DNA of 64,000 bases from a virus, in the IMG/VR virus record IMGVR_UViG_3300045988_176028. The stretch is one strand, 5' to 3'. How positions within the stretch are numbered: the first letter of the stretch is position 1; each line of letters starts with the position of its first letter. Below the pieces are notes generated by a model. The model saw only the letters and a program-made list of their open reading frames with translations. It was not told where the DNA came from and did no database searches. Of this stretch, positions 26,370 through 35,579 are shown piece by piece. The position numbers and the translations under genes were made by a program.

Positions 26370-27767
26370 TTAGTTTCCGGACTGTTCGGAACCTTTCCCA
26401 CCTAGTGCGGAACCGGCGGCATGACCGGCCACCATACTGTTCAGCAAGGCTTTCAAATCGATGCCCAAGGATTGAGACAATCCCTCACTCAACTGGCTCA
26501 CACTGTTCACCGTGTCGCCCACGAGCTTCGTGCTGTTTCCGTCGCCATACATGGTGATGTGGTCAACCTTGGTGAGCGGTTCGGCGGCGGCTCGAACCAT
26601 GTCGGGGAGAATCTGAATGTACTGTTGGGCGAGGATGTACGTGTTGTTCATCGAGTTGTACGCCTCGCCCTGAGCGCGGATTGCCTCCGCCTCGCCCACG
26701 CCCTTGGCCTGTGCGGCGGAACCTTCAGCCTTGCCTTTGACCTCGGTCGCGTGCGCGTCCGCGTCGGCGGTGGATTGGGTGGCCTGAGCCTCCTGCTGGC
26801 GTAGATACAGTTCCGCATCCGCATGCTTGCGGGTCGTGTACACTTGCGCGTCGGCCTGCTGTTCGGCGGCGTATCTGTCGGCGTCGGCCTTCTTGCGGAT
26901 GGTCGCGTTCAGTTTTTGCTCTTCGATTTCGGCGTTCTTCTGTTCGAGGACTGCCTTCTTTTCGGCGGCGGCGATTTCCGCCTCCTGCTCCTTGACCTTG
27001 AGGGTCTTGGACTGTTCGGCGGCGGTGATGCCCTTCACCGCGTCAGCCTCGGCCTGCGCCTTGTCGGAGATGGATTGGAGTTCGGCTCGTTTCAGGTCGA
27101 GCTGGTTCTGACGGACGGCCACATCCTGTTCCGCGTTGATGGACGCGAGCTTCGCATTCCGGCTGATTTCGGCGGCCATTTCAGCGCCCATGTTGGCGAT
27201 GACGTTCTGACGGTCGGTGAAGTCTTGAATGTTGAACGTGGTCAATTGAAGGCCAAGCCGTTCCATGTCCACGCGGGCGGATTCGGCCACGGTCGCAGCG
27301 AACGTGTCCCTGTTCTCCATGAGCTCCTTCAACTCGGTCTTGCCGATGACCTCGCGCAGCTTGCCCAAAAGCACCTGCGTCACGTCCTTCTCCATGCGCT
27401 CCTTGGACTGGTTCAGATAGTTCTTGGCGGCGTTCTCCAACGCCTTCACCTGTTTACCGTTCTCGTCCACGGTCATGGTCTCGGATGCTATCTGGAAGTT
27501 CGCGACGGCGTTCACGTCGATGAGGATTGCGTCCTTCGTCGGAATCGGCGTGTCGGTTCTCAGGAGCGACTGCACCGCTCCGAGGGAGAGCTAGTCCACG
27601 CGCATGATGAAGGGTATGATGAACGCGCTTCCGCCGGAAACGAAGCGTCGTCCACCCGGCCCGGTGATGACCATGACTCGGTCGGCGGGGCAGACCTTGT
27701 AGCTTGCGGTTGCGAGCAGGATGATGAGTATCGCCACTGCCGCGACGATTATCAATGTTGTTGGCAT
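26370..27767 (-). pseudogene. SPFH/flotillin-family gene interrupted by an in-frame TAG
   Basis: The ATG at 27767 gives MPTTLIIVAAVAILIILLATASYKVCPADRVMVITGPGGRRFVSGGSAFIIPFIMRVD. A TAG follows (plus cta, 27591..27593). The same frame then continues LSLGAVQSLLRTD... into track ORF 26370..27575, which has long Ala/Glu/Gln coiled-coil repeats typical of flotillins. Confidence 0.7.
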
Positions 27768-27818
27768 TGACTTTTTCCTTTCTTTTTTGTGGGAGTACCC
27801 ACTATGACAGAACTTGTT

Positions 27819-29159
27819 TCAGAACTCGTTTTCGAAACCTGCGGCCATGTCCGCGAATTTGGAGCATTCGCCCATGAACGCAAGGTTGAACGTTTCGGTA
27901 GGCCCGTTGCGATGTTTGGCGAGAATCACGTCGGCTTCGCCCGGACGTTCCTCACGGTCGTAGTATTCGGGACGATGCACGAGAAACACCATGTCGGCGT
28001 CCTGTTCGATGGAACCGGACTCTCGCAGGTCGGACAGTTCCGGCTTCTTGTCGGCACGCTGTTCCGCATTACGGTTCAACTGGGACAGCACGACCACGGG
28101 ACATTGCAGTTCCTTGGCGAGCATTTTGCATTGGCGGGAGAAGTTCGACACTTCCTGCTGACGGTTCTCGACGGTTTTACCGGAGGACATGAGTTGCAGG
28201 TAGTCGATGACGATAAGCTTCAACCCGTTGACCTTGCGGCTGAGAGCACGGCATTTCGCACGGATGGTGCTCATGTTGATGATGGCGGAATCATCAACCC
28301 ACAATGGTGCCTTCTCGACCTGATGGCAGAGCGCGTTGAGTTTGTTCCAATCATTCGAGTTCAGATTCTCGGGATGTTGGAACGATGCGAGACGGATGCC
28401 TGTTTCGGCTGCGAACATGCGTTGCATGAGTTCGTGACCGCCCATTTCCAGACTGAAAATCACAGTCGGCAGACCCTTGTGCAGTGCGGCGTTACGGGCG
28501 AAATCCATGCCGAGAGTACTCTTGCCCATGCCCGGACGTCCCGCGACTATGACCATTTGTCCGGCTTGCAATCCGTGTGTCAACGCGTCGATGTCACGGA
28601 AGCCGGTGGGTGTTCCGAACTCGTTCGGATTCTGTGACATTTCATCCAACTGTTGGAGCATTTCGTCGGACAGACGGTATGCGGTCTTCAACTCGTCGTC
28701 TTCGGAACGACTCGAATCCTCCAACGAGAACGCGGCCTCCAACGACTTGCTGAGCACATCTTCGGCTGACGCGTCGGACACGTTGCTCATCTGCTGCAAC
28801 TGTTGTCCGACCACGTTGATGTGGCGGAGGATGGCCGCGTCACGAATCTGCTTGATGAAATAGTCACTGTTGTTCGACGTGGGCGCGGAGCCGACAAGCT
28901 GGGCGATATAGTCGATACCGCCGACCTGTTCCAACTGTCCGTTGTCCATCATGTGCGAGGACAGCATTTGCGCGTCCACACGGTTATTGTCTGCGGCCAG
29001 TTCCTTTATATTATGAAAGATGGTCTGGTTGGTCGGCTGGTAGAAGTCCTCTTCGGAAAGTTGGCTGATGACCTTGTCCAACGTTTCCGAGTCTTGAAGC
29101 ATGGCCCCCAACAATACTTGTTCGGCCATATCCTTGTGGATTGGTGTGGGGACGCTCAC
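27819..29159 (-). CDS. dnaB: replicative DNA helicase DnaB
   Basis: 446 aa. DnaB N-domain start (AEQVLLGAML), Walker A GRPGMGKSTLGMDFA, and IDYLQLM, VVVLSQLNR and SGSIEQDAD motifs. Confidence 0.9.
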   Translation of the reverse strand: MSVPTPIHKDMAEQVLLGAMLQDSETLDKVISQLSEEDFYQPTNQTIFHNIKELAADNNRVDAQMLSSHMMDNGQLEQVGGIDYIAQLVGSAPTSNNSDYFIKQIRDAAILRHINVVGQQLQQMSNVSDASAEDVLSKSLEAAFSLEDSSRSEDDELKTAYRLSDEMLQQLDEMSQNPNEFGTPTGFRDIDALTHGLQAGQMVIVAGRPGMGKSTLGMDFARNAALHKGLPTVIFSLEMGGHELMQRMFAAETGIRLASFQHPENLNSNDWNKLNALCHQVEKAPLWVDDSAIINMSTIRAKCRALSRKVNGLKLIVIDYLQLMSSGKTVENRQQEVSNFSRQCKMLAKELQCPVVVLSQLNRNAEQRADKKPELSDLRESGSIEQDADMVFLVHRPEYYDREERPGEADVILAKHRNGPTETFNLAFMGECSKFADMAAGFENEF

Positions 29160-29533
29160 TTGTCGCCGTTCTCCTTCTTGCCGGTGTTGGTCTGATTCTT
29201 GTTCAACGTCTCATACAGGCGGTGTTCCGCTTGCCAACGTTTGACACGGGATTTGCTGGGATGGTTGACCCACCGGTATACGCAACGTTCTATGCGCTTG
29301 TATCCGAGGACTTCCGGCCCGAGATTGTGACTGCGGAATATCTCCGAGGGACGTTCCCCTTGCAGATATCGGAGGGTCACTTCGTCTTGGAATTGGGTGG
29401 TGAAGATTACCCACCATCCGTGCTTGTTTTTCAAGACGTTGACGACTTCCGGTCGTCTTCCCAAGGCCAAAGCTTCGTCTGCGGTCAGAAGCTTCGCCGG
29501 GGATGTGTTCGGTTTTTTCGGTTTTTCGACCAT
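29156..29533 (-). CDS. HTH-domain protein (IS3 OrfA-like helix-turn-helix repeat), 125 aa
   Basis: Segment TLRYLQGERPSEIFRSHNLGPEVLGYKRIERCVYRW resembles transposase-N-terminal-like HTH repeats. Overlaps the dnaB start by 4 nt. Confidence 0.45.
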   Translation of the reverse strand: MVEKPKKPNTSPAKLLTADEALALGRRPEVVNVLKNKHGWWVIFTTQFQDEVTLRYLQGERPSEIFRSHNLGPEVLGYKRIERCVYRWVNHPSKSRVKRWQAEHRLYETLNKNQTNTGKKENGDK

Positions 29534-29555
29534 GCTTTGTTTGTCCTTTCCAAGG

Positions 29556-31319
29556 TCAGATTGCGTCCGGGAACTGTTCGTTCGGAGAGAATTTGAGGAG
29601 TTTCACAGTCGCTCCCTCACGCCATTTGTTCCACGCTTTGATGGTGATTCCGACGATGCGTCGGCGGGTTGGACGGTCGCTGTGCGCTCCACGCTTGTTG
29701 ATGTCGAACAGCGTGTTGCGGAGTACGAGAATGGGGCTTCCCTCGTCAAGGTTGGCGCCGGTGGCGAGCATGTCGAAGAACCGTTCGCACGCCTCACCGT
29801 CGATTTCGTTGAACGTCCAGTAGAGGAGCGCGGCCATGCTGATGGACATGAGATGGTTGCTTTTCGTGTAGAACGTGCTGGCCTGTCGTAGCGTATCCTC
29901 CAATTGCGGAGTGCTTTCGATGAATGCCAACAGTTCATTTCGGGTCGGTGACATGTTGTTGACGCATGCGGCTTCCACACCCAACTGTTCGCTCAGATAG
30001 ATGGAACGGGCCACGGTGGAAAGCTGTTTGGCGTTGTTACGGCCTTTCAGTTCGAGCACGTTAGCCATGGTGCGGCTCTTGCCCGCATCCATGGTCTCCT
30101 GCGTGTCTTCGGGCAGTCCGCGAATGACCAGAGTGCGGAACGGAACACCGGATTCGACGCATGCGAGGAGCCTGTGCTGGCCGTCCAACAAGCGTCCCGT
30201 GTTGCTGAATTTGATGGCTTCGCCGTTCATTTTCCAAGCCTTCTGCGCCATGGTTCGGGCGAACAGTTCGACCTGTGTGCGGCTCACGTTGCGGTTGTTG
30301 GTGTTCACGCCGAGCATTTCCTTGGCAACGTCCGGAGTGATGGTTTCGACCCGTCCGGTGATGCTATCCCAATCGTATTCGTCGGTTTCACCGGCATAGG
30401 ATGGCGTGGCCTTGGGTGCTGGCTCTTCCGGTTTCAAATGGATGAGCAACGTGGTTTTCGGAGCGCCGGAATGACGTCTGATTTCGGTTTTCGGTGGTTT
30501 CACTTCGACCGTCTCGTACTGTTCGGATTCCTCGACCTGATTCATGGCGAACGCGAACGCTGTCATGGTGAAAGCGAGCATGAACCTGTCCACGCTACGT
30601 TTCGGAGGGAACTGTCTCATCCCGTCGATGATGCGGGTGGCGTCCGAATGGGTGATGTATGGGCAGTGGTTCACAACCGTGTCCAGTCCGTCCTCGTATT
30701 CCTTATGGGTGAGGAAGACGAATGGTGCGAGGGGAGTACGCGCCTGTGCCATTCCCCTGAAGCATTGGCCGACCTCATTGTAGATTTCACCAACCTGACG
30801 GTAACGTGAAACAGTGTCGATGCCGTACTCGTCCACGGGATTCGTGTACTCGTATTCGTTGCTTTTGAAGATGCGTTCGTTGTATCGACTGGCTTCGCGT
30901 AGTCCGGGGCAACGTCCGAAACCGAGTGTGGTTCCGCTGCTTTTCGTACCGTCAGTCCGTTTCAGATTGTTCTTGCTCAGCCAGTAGGCTTCCATGTCCG
31001 CGATGAATGTTTTCGCCGCGACTTTCTTGTCGAGGTTTCGTCCGGTCATACGGGCGAAGTATTCGCCTTCGACGCCGGTGAGTACCGGCAGTCCGGTTCC
31101 GACGAACAGATTATCAGGCAGTAGGCCGTACCATTCGGGGTTGATTTCATGGTCGCTCATGTAGGAGAGAATCCGTCCTACGCTGTCACGGTCGATGAAC
31201 ACGGTTCGCGCGTTGGCGAACGGGTCAACGTCGAGATTCAACGCCTTGCATGTCGGGAGGAGGTCTTTCTGAATCATGGTCATGAACCGTGGTTCGGTTT
31301 TAATGTCTTTATTAGGCAT
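29556..31319 (-). CDS. ParB/Srx-like nuclease-domain protein, 587 aa
   Basis: Central NNRNVSRTQVELFARTMAQKAWKMNGEAIKFSNTGRLLDGQHRLLA matches the ParB N-terminal-like DGQHR family. Confidence 0.7.
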   Translation of the reverse strand: MPNKDIKTEPRFMTMIQKDLLPTCKALNLDVDPFANARTVFIDRDSVGRILSYMSDHEINPEWYGLLPDNLFVGTGLPVLTGVEGEYFARMTGRNLDKKVAAKTFIADMEAYWLSKNNLKRTDGTKSSGTTLGFGRCPGLREASRYNERIFKSNEYEYTNPVDEYGIDTVSRYRQVGEIYNEVGQCFRGMAQARTPLAPFVFLTHKEYEDGLDTVVNHCPYITHSDATRIIDGMRQFPPKRSVDRFMLAFTMTAFAFAMNQVEESEQYETVEVKPPKTEIRRHSGAPKTTLLIHLKPEEPAPKATPSYAGETDEYDWDSITGRVETITPDVAKEMLGVNTNNRNVSRTQVELFARTMAQKAWKMNGEAIKFSNTGRLLDGQHRLLACVESGVPFRTLVIRGLPEDTQETMDAGKSRTMANVLELKGRNNAKQLSTVARSIYLSEQLGVEAACVNNMSPTRNELLAFIESTPQLEDTLRQASTFYTKSNHLMSISMAALLYWTFNEIDGEACERFFDMLATGANLDEGSPILVLRNTLFDINKRGAHSDRPTRRRIVGITIKAWNKWREGATVKLLKFSPNEQFPDAI

Positions 31320-31863
31320 GGTTTCCTTCCTTCAATCGTTTCAGCATCCGGTAGGTTTTGGGAGCGCAACCGGATGGATTGTGTTCCTCTTTCCGATACT
31401 GTTTTTCGAGTTCGCTCCAATGGTCGATGATGGTTTTCCAATCGTCCGACACGTCGCGCATGAGACTCAGATAGGCACGTGCGACTGGCACCATGTCGAA
31501 CATTCCGAGTATCCGACGTAGGTCTCCGGGGTCTTTCGGAGTGTCCTCGCAACCATGTTCGCGCGTGCCGTTCACGGTCATTGTGATTCCGGTGAGCCGT
31601 TGGACGATGGCGAGCGAGCTGAGGCCCACGTCACCGTTGGCGAGCCATGCGGCGAACAGTTCCAACGGAAGTCTGGGACTGTCCGTCATGCCGTCGGAGG
31701 CTGGGTTGAGGTTGGCAACGAGCCTGTTCTTCGGAACGTCCGCGATGATGTCCGGCTGGGTTTCGGAGTCGGGCATCCGACCGTAGACGAGATGGTTATT
31801 GACGAGTATGGATGGTTGTCGGCCACCATATACGCCGATGGTGCAAACGGTGTCTTCGACCAT
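31312..31863 (-). CDS. hypothetical protein, 183 aa
   Basis: Complete ATG ORF. Overlaps the downstream gene start by 8 nt. Confidence 0.55.
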   Translation of the reverse strand: MVEDTVCTIGVYGGRQPSILVNNHLVYGRMPDSETQPDIIADVPKNRLVANLNPASDGMTDSPRLPLELFAAWLANGDVGLSSLAIVQRLTGITMTVNGTREHGCEDTPKDPGDLRRILGMFDMVPVARAYLSLMRDVSDDWKTIIDHWSELEKQYRKEEHNPSGCAPKTYRMLKRLKEGNHA

Positions 31864-31866
31864 GGT

Positions 31867-32091
31867 TCACGCTTCCATCCAGTGGATGCTTTCGTTGAGG
31901 AAGTCTCTGATTTTGCGGAGGGTTTCTATGTCGTTGACGACGACGCTGGTCGCGGTGTCGCTGTCGGTGATGGTGAACATGAGTTCCTTGCCGAAGCTGG
32001 GGGATTGGAGGATGGTGAGCTTGTTTGTTCCCTCGTTGTCGATGACTTGGAGTGTGGATGTGTTGCCGTTGTCGTATTTGGTTGCGCTCAT
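31867..32091 (-). CDS. hypothetical protein, 74 aa
   Basis: Complete ATG ORF and the first gene of the long minus-strand block. Its stop lies 3 nt before the next start. Confidence 0.5.
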   Translation of the reverse strand: MSATKYDNGNTSTLQVIDNEGTNKLTILQSPSFGKELMFTITDSDTATSVVVNDIETLRKIRDFLNESIHWMEA

Positions 32092-32221
32092 TGTTTCTGT
32101 GGTCTTTCCCGTTCTTGTGGAATGTTCTGTGTGGGCGAGGTCAGCTTAACACATTAGGTGGGGGTGTGCAACCGTTCGGGGATTCGCGGTCGGATGATTT
32201 GCGTTCGACCATACCCTTTGT

Positions 32222-32240
32222 TATACTGGAATCGTCCACA
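32222..32240 (+). promoter_or_regulatory. conserved promoter/leader box copy
   Basis: Text is tatactggaatcgtccaca, preceded by TGT. Sits in the divergent intergenic region upstream of the ATG at 32292. Confidence 0.6.
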
Positions 32241-32291
32241 AAAAAAGGGAGCCACACACTCCCAACCACGCCAGAAAAAAAAGAAGAAACC

Positions 32292-32468
32292 ATGAGCAAA
32301 CAGACGGAAAACAACATCAACCTGACATTGACACTCATCACAATCGTCAGCGCACTCCTCATGTGGAGACAGGATTACGGCCACGTGGTAATGGCAATCA
32401 CCAGCATCACATTTCTACTCAGCTCCACCGCACTGTTCGCTCACTTCATCAAGAAACTCGACGCCTAA
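32292..32468 (+). CDS. small two-TM membrane protein, 58 aa
   Basis: Internal ATG of track ORF 32052..32468 (MSKQTENNINLTLTLITIVSALLMW...ITFLLSSTALFAHFI). Confidence 0.5.
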   Translation: MSKQTENNINLTLTLITIVSALLMWRQDYGHVVMAITSITFLLSSTALFAHFIKKLDA

Positions 32469-32538
32469 AAAACAAAAAGGAATGCCCCAGCCCGAACGGA
32501 CTGGGGCATAGGCATGTTCGCAAGAACGAAGGAAACCA

Positions 32539-32919
32539 ATGGACGATAAAAACAACACCGAACGAGAGCCGAGAACCGAAGTGGAACGACTCCTGTTCAA
32601 AAACGAACGCATGCAGGACGCGTTACTCAGCCTCAAGGACACCATGAGCAGAATGATTGGCGAAGGCCGACTGCCAAACGACGACGAGGTACACCAATGG
32701 TTTGAGGGAATCGACCGCAAACTCGAACACGAGGCCGCTGACCGTGAGGTGTTGCTGTTCAACCATGGGGCCATGACCACAGTGCTCCCGAAGTCCACTG
32801 AACGATACCAACCCGACCTTCAAGTCCGATATCAGGAAATTCTCACCACATGCAACAAAGCGTATGCGGACGCCGACTACAAATATTGGATTGGCCGTTT
32901 CCAACAGGCCGGACTCTGA
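32539..32919 (+). CDS. hypothetical protein, 126 aa
   Basis: Complete ATG ORF, RBS GAAGGAAA. Confidence 0.55.
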   Translation: MDDKNNTEREPRTEVERLLFKNERMQDALLSLKDTMSRMIGEGRLPNDDEVHQWFEGIDRKLEHEAADREVLLFNHGAMTTVLPKSTERYQPDLQVRYQEILTTCNKAYADADYKYWIGRFQQAGL

Positions 32920-32978
32920 CCTGAAAAACGCAATCCGAGCACAGTGGACAACACTGAAAGGAGTATTCGGACAGGACA

Positions 32979-33320
32979 ATGCCGGAAACCATACAGACAT
33001 ACCATCCAACGTTCGAGAAGGCCAAGAAGCTCTTCAACCTGCGTAAAAGATTGTGGGAGATAGCCGACGGTAAAAGCGACGGAACAATCTCATATGAGGA
33101 GGCGAACCATCTCGCCGTGGACGCGGTGGCGACCGCCAACGGAGGAATGCCACGCGCCACGAGCGGCCCCATGGTACGACTCTGCAAGCTTTGCACCAAC
33201 GGTTGGATTCGTGAAGCGGCAAACGAGATGGGCTTGGTTTACCCGGACTTGGACTGCCCGGAACGGTGGGGCAAACATCGAGACCATAGCCGTAAAAAGG
33301 AAAGGAAGGCAACGGTTTGA
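32979..33320 (+). CDS. hypothetical protein, 113 aa (WIREA family, copy 1)
   Basis: Complete ATG ORF. Shares ...G[KT]I[ST][FY][EQ][EQ]AN... and C-x-NGWIREA-x(6)-[LV]YP-x-LD-x-P with the next gene. Confidence 0.6.
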   Translation: MPETIQTYHPTFEKAKKLFNLRKRLWEIADGKSDGTISYEEANHLAVDAVATANGGMPRATSGPMVRLCKLCTNGWIREAANEMGLVYPDLDCPERWGKHRDHSRKKERKATV

Positions 33321-33658
33321 GCGGCAACGGATTCGGCAAGGAAGACATAAGCAGAACAGCCATTCCGGCACGCCCATACGCCAAGGATATGGCTACCATC
33401 AACCGTCTGATAGCAAGGTTGCAAACCATTTCGGACGATAAGGCCAAAGGGAAAATCACATTCCAACAGGCGAACAAGAAGGCTGTGGAAGCAATCCACA
33501 AGGCACGGAACACCAAGTCGAAGTCCCTGCAACGCAAGCCATTAGATTATTTAGAACGTATCTGCGAGAACGGTTGGATTCGGGAAGCTGTGCGAAAGAT
33601 TCCCGAACTGTACCCGTATCTCGACCATCCAGATTTGTGGCTTCGTAAAGGCGTCTGA
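33317..33658 (+). CDS. hypothetical protein, 113 aa (WIREA family, copy 2)
   Basis: The TTG start overlaps the previous stop. Tandem paralog of 32979..33320 (ICENGWIREAVRKIPELYPYLDHP). Confidence 0.55.
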   Translation: MSGNGFGKEDISRTAIPARPYAKDMATINRLIARLQTISDDKAKGKITFQQANKKAVEAIHKARNTKSKSLQRKPLDYLERICENGWIREAVRKIPELYPYLDHPDLWLRKGV

Positions 33659-33888
33659 TGTATTCCAAAGAGCAGATATGTTGCATGGTTTCTCTCATAA
33701 TATTGTCGGCGTTGAGCTTGGCCGCGCTGGTGCATTACGCTCGACTGTCGATAGGGAGAATGAGTCGGATGCCTGACGAGAAATCCCGTTCAGACCTGTT
33801 CAACTATCGGCTGATGACCGTCGTGTCACTGCTGGTGTTGTCGGTTTCGGTGGGTTCCATCATCGTCTACGGTTCCTCTCTCAAATAG
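33658..33888 (+). CDS. two-TM membrane protein, 76 aa
   Basis: The ATG overlaps the previous stop. Hydrophobic helices MVSLIILSALSLAALV and VVSLLVLSVSVGSIIVY. Confidence 0.5.
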   Translation: MYSKEQICCMVSLIILSALSLAALVHYARLSIGRMSRMPDEKSRSDLFNYRLMTVVSLLVLSVSVGSIIVYGSSLK

Positions 33889-33889
33889 A

Positions 33890-33927
33890 TTGGAAGACTG
33901 CCATATTACTAATTCCTTCTACTTCTC
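33890..33927 (+). repeat. 38-nt repeat family, copy B
   Basis: Text is ttggaagactgccatattactaattccttctacttctc. Starts 2 nt after the stop at 33888 and lies 22 nt upstream of the 33949 start. Confidence 0.75.
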
Positions 33928-33948
33928 AAACATTGACCATAACGTTTA

Positions 33949-34941
33949 TTGACAAAAATCATTTTCAGAAAGCAGGAAGGTCAGTTGTTAAACAGCACGG
34001 AAATGCTTCGACTGGTCAGAGCCGCATGCAACGGAGACCATTTGAAACTGTCCCAGCAAATCGACTTGCTGGCCGACTCGGTGGAGAAAGCCAAGCCGAC
34101 CGCCTACACTACGAATCTGCGTCGGCTGGCAGAGTCGGAACGAGAGAAGGGACTGTCCGTCAACACGAATCTGGCACCGGTTGACGGGTTGACCGAACCG
34201 TTGCTCCCACCGGACGGTACTCATAAGCCTGTGTGGGATAAGACCATGCGGGGATTGTTGGACGGACTGGTTGCCGAATATGGGAAACTGGATGTCCTGA
34301 CCGCGCATAATCTCGCTCCCCGTAATCGAATCATGCTCACGGGAGCGCCCGGCACAGGCAAGACCACCTTCGCTTCCATCCTGTCGGAGAGGCTTGGACT
34401 GGACGGGGTCATCCTTCGTGCAGACCGTGTTATCAGCAGTCAGCTCGGTAAGACGTTAACCAATATCGCCTTGGTGTTCGACCGGCTCCACATGGAACGC
34501 AAGCTCCTGTTCATAGACGAATGCGACATGCTTCTGGCACGACGCGACAACTCCCATGACGTTGCCGAAATGCGTCGGGCAACCAATCTCATGTTACAGA
34601 AAATAGACCTGCTTCCGGAGGATTGCATTCTCATCTGCGCGACCAACATGGACGGTCTCATCGACCGTGCCGCATGGCGTCGGTTCGACGTTCGAGTTCG
34701 CATGACACTTCCCGACAAGACTACGACAAGGCTTATTATCATGCACCGGCTTAAGGAGTTGAATATCCAAGCCGACGTTCGACCATGCGACATCAATGTA
34801 GAGAACATAAGTCCAGCCCTTATCGTCCAAACAGTGGACAATCTTGCCCGTAAGACTTTGATTTCCGGTTCGGAAACCATTCCGGCCGACCTGTTCGTCA
34901 ATGCTTTCAACTCTCTGAAGATGGAGGTTTCCAACCAGTGA
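33949..34941 (+). CDS. AAA+ family ATPase, ~330 aa
   Basis: Walker A LTGAPGTGKTTFA, Walker B LLFIDECDML, sensor/arginine region ICATNMDGLIDRAAWRRFD. The start is uncertain (TTG 33949 or later). Confidence 0.75.
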   Translation: MTKIIFRKQEGQLLNSTEMLRLVRAACNGDHLKLSQQIDLLADSVEKAKPTAYTTNLRRLAESEREKGLSVNTNLAPVDGLTEPLLPPDGTHKPVWDKTMRGLLDGLVAEYGKLDVLTAHNLAPRNRIMLTGAPGTGKTTFASILSERLGLDGVILRADRVISSQLGKTLTNIALVFDRLHMERKLLFIDECDMLLARRDNSHDVAEMRRATNLMLQKIDLLPEDCILICATNMDGLIDRAAWRRFDVRVRMTLPDKTTTRLIIMHRLKELNIQADVRPCDINVENISPALIVQTVDNLARKTLISGSETIPADLFVNAFNSLKMEVSNQ

Positions 34942-35204
34942 ACCGTGACGGATACAAGTTCGATATCAATGTCCGCAGAAACGGTTTCATGTCATATCTG
35001 TGGAGTGCTGAAGTGGAAGATGAAGGATTCTTCACTCCCATTGCGAACGGTACTGCCCACACTCTCAACGGCGGCAAGAAAGCCGCTATGAAACAAGCGA
35101 GAAAGTGGGCGCAACACCAGCTCGCCCACCCCAGTGAAAAGGAAAGGTGGGCGGAATGTACGACGATGAGCAACACCAAAACCAGACACCGGCGAAGTCA
35201 CTGA
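34938..35204 (+). CDS. hypothetical protein, 88 aa
   Basis: The GTG start overlaps the AAA+ stop (GTGA). Confidence 0.4.
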   Translation: MNRDGYKFDINVRRNGFMSYLWSAEVEDEGFFTPIANGTAHTLNGGKKAAMKQARKWAQHQLAHPSEKERWAECTTMSNTKTRHRRSH

Positions 35205-35455
35205 AACGTTCCGGAAGGCAACCGAAACTATCCGACGTCGTCATGCTCGACCGGGGTTGTCAACTGTGGATTCGTGAAGCCCGTAAAGGGAACATCACTG
35301 ACACGTCGAAGACCTTGGAGAAGATTCGGTATCAGCTTCGATTGGAACGTCGTGTGGCCGGACAATCCGGTTCTGGACTTCGTAGACCTGTGGGTAGGGA
35401 TAAAAAACCCGATACGGATGGGAACGGTTCAAAGCCGGATAGGAAAGACTTGTAA
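35156..35455 (+). CDS. hypothetical basic protein, 99 aa (contains CQLWIREA)
   Basis: ATG at 35156 (MYDDEQHQ), RBS GGAAAGG. Carries a third copy of the C-x-x-WIREA motif. Confidence 0.45.
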   Translation: MYDDEQHQNQTPAKSLKRSGRQPKLSDVVMLDRGCQLWIREARKGNITDTSKTLEKIRYQLRLERRVAGQSGSGLRRPVGRDKKPDTDGNGSKPDRKDL

Positions 35456-35463
35456 CCCATTAG

Positions 35464-35499
35464 GGTGCCGGTGGACGGTGCTGTCAACCGGCACCTTTT
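35464..35499 (+). terminator. rho-independent terminator
   Basis: Stem ggtgccgg (35464..35471) pairs with ccggcacc (35488..35495), followed by tttt. Confidence 0.65.
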
Positions 35500-35579
35500 G
35501 GTATCCGACCTCACAATACTGGGGGTATCATTGTGTTATCGACGGAACCACACGCCCGTCATTTTTATAAGGAGACACA

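Noticed and set aside
35511-35535. AATACTGGGGGTATCATTGTG upstream of 35580 as another box copy
   Set aside because: Only the xATACTGG part matches and the GTTCACA half is absent. It may be an ordinary -10 element, which is not enough to count as a family member.
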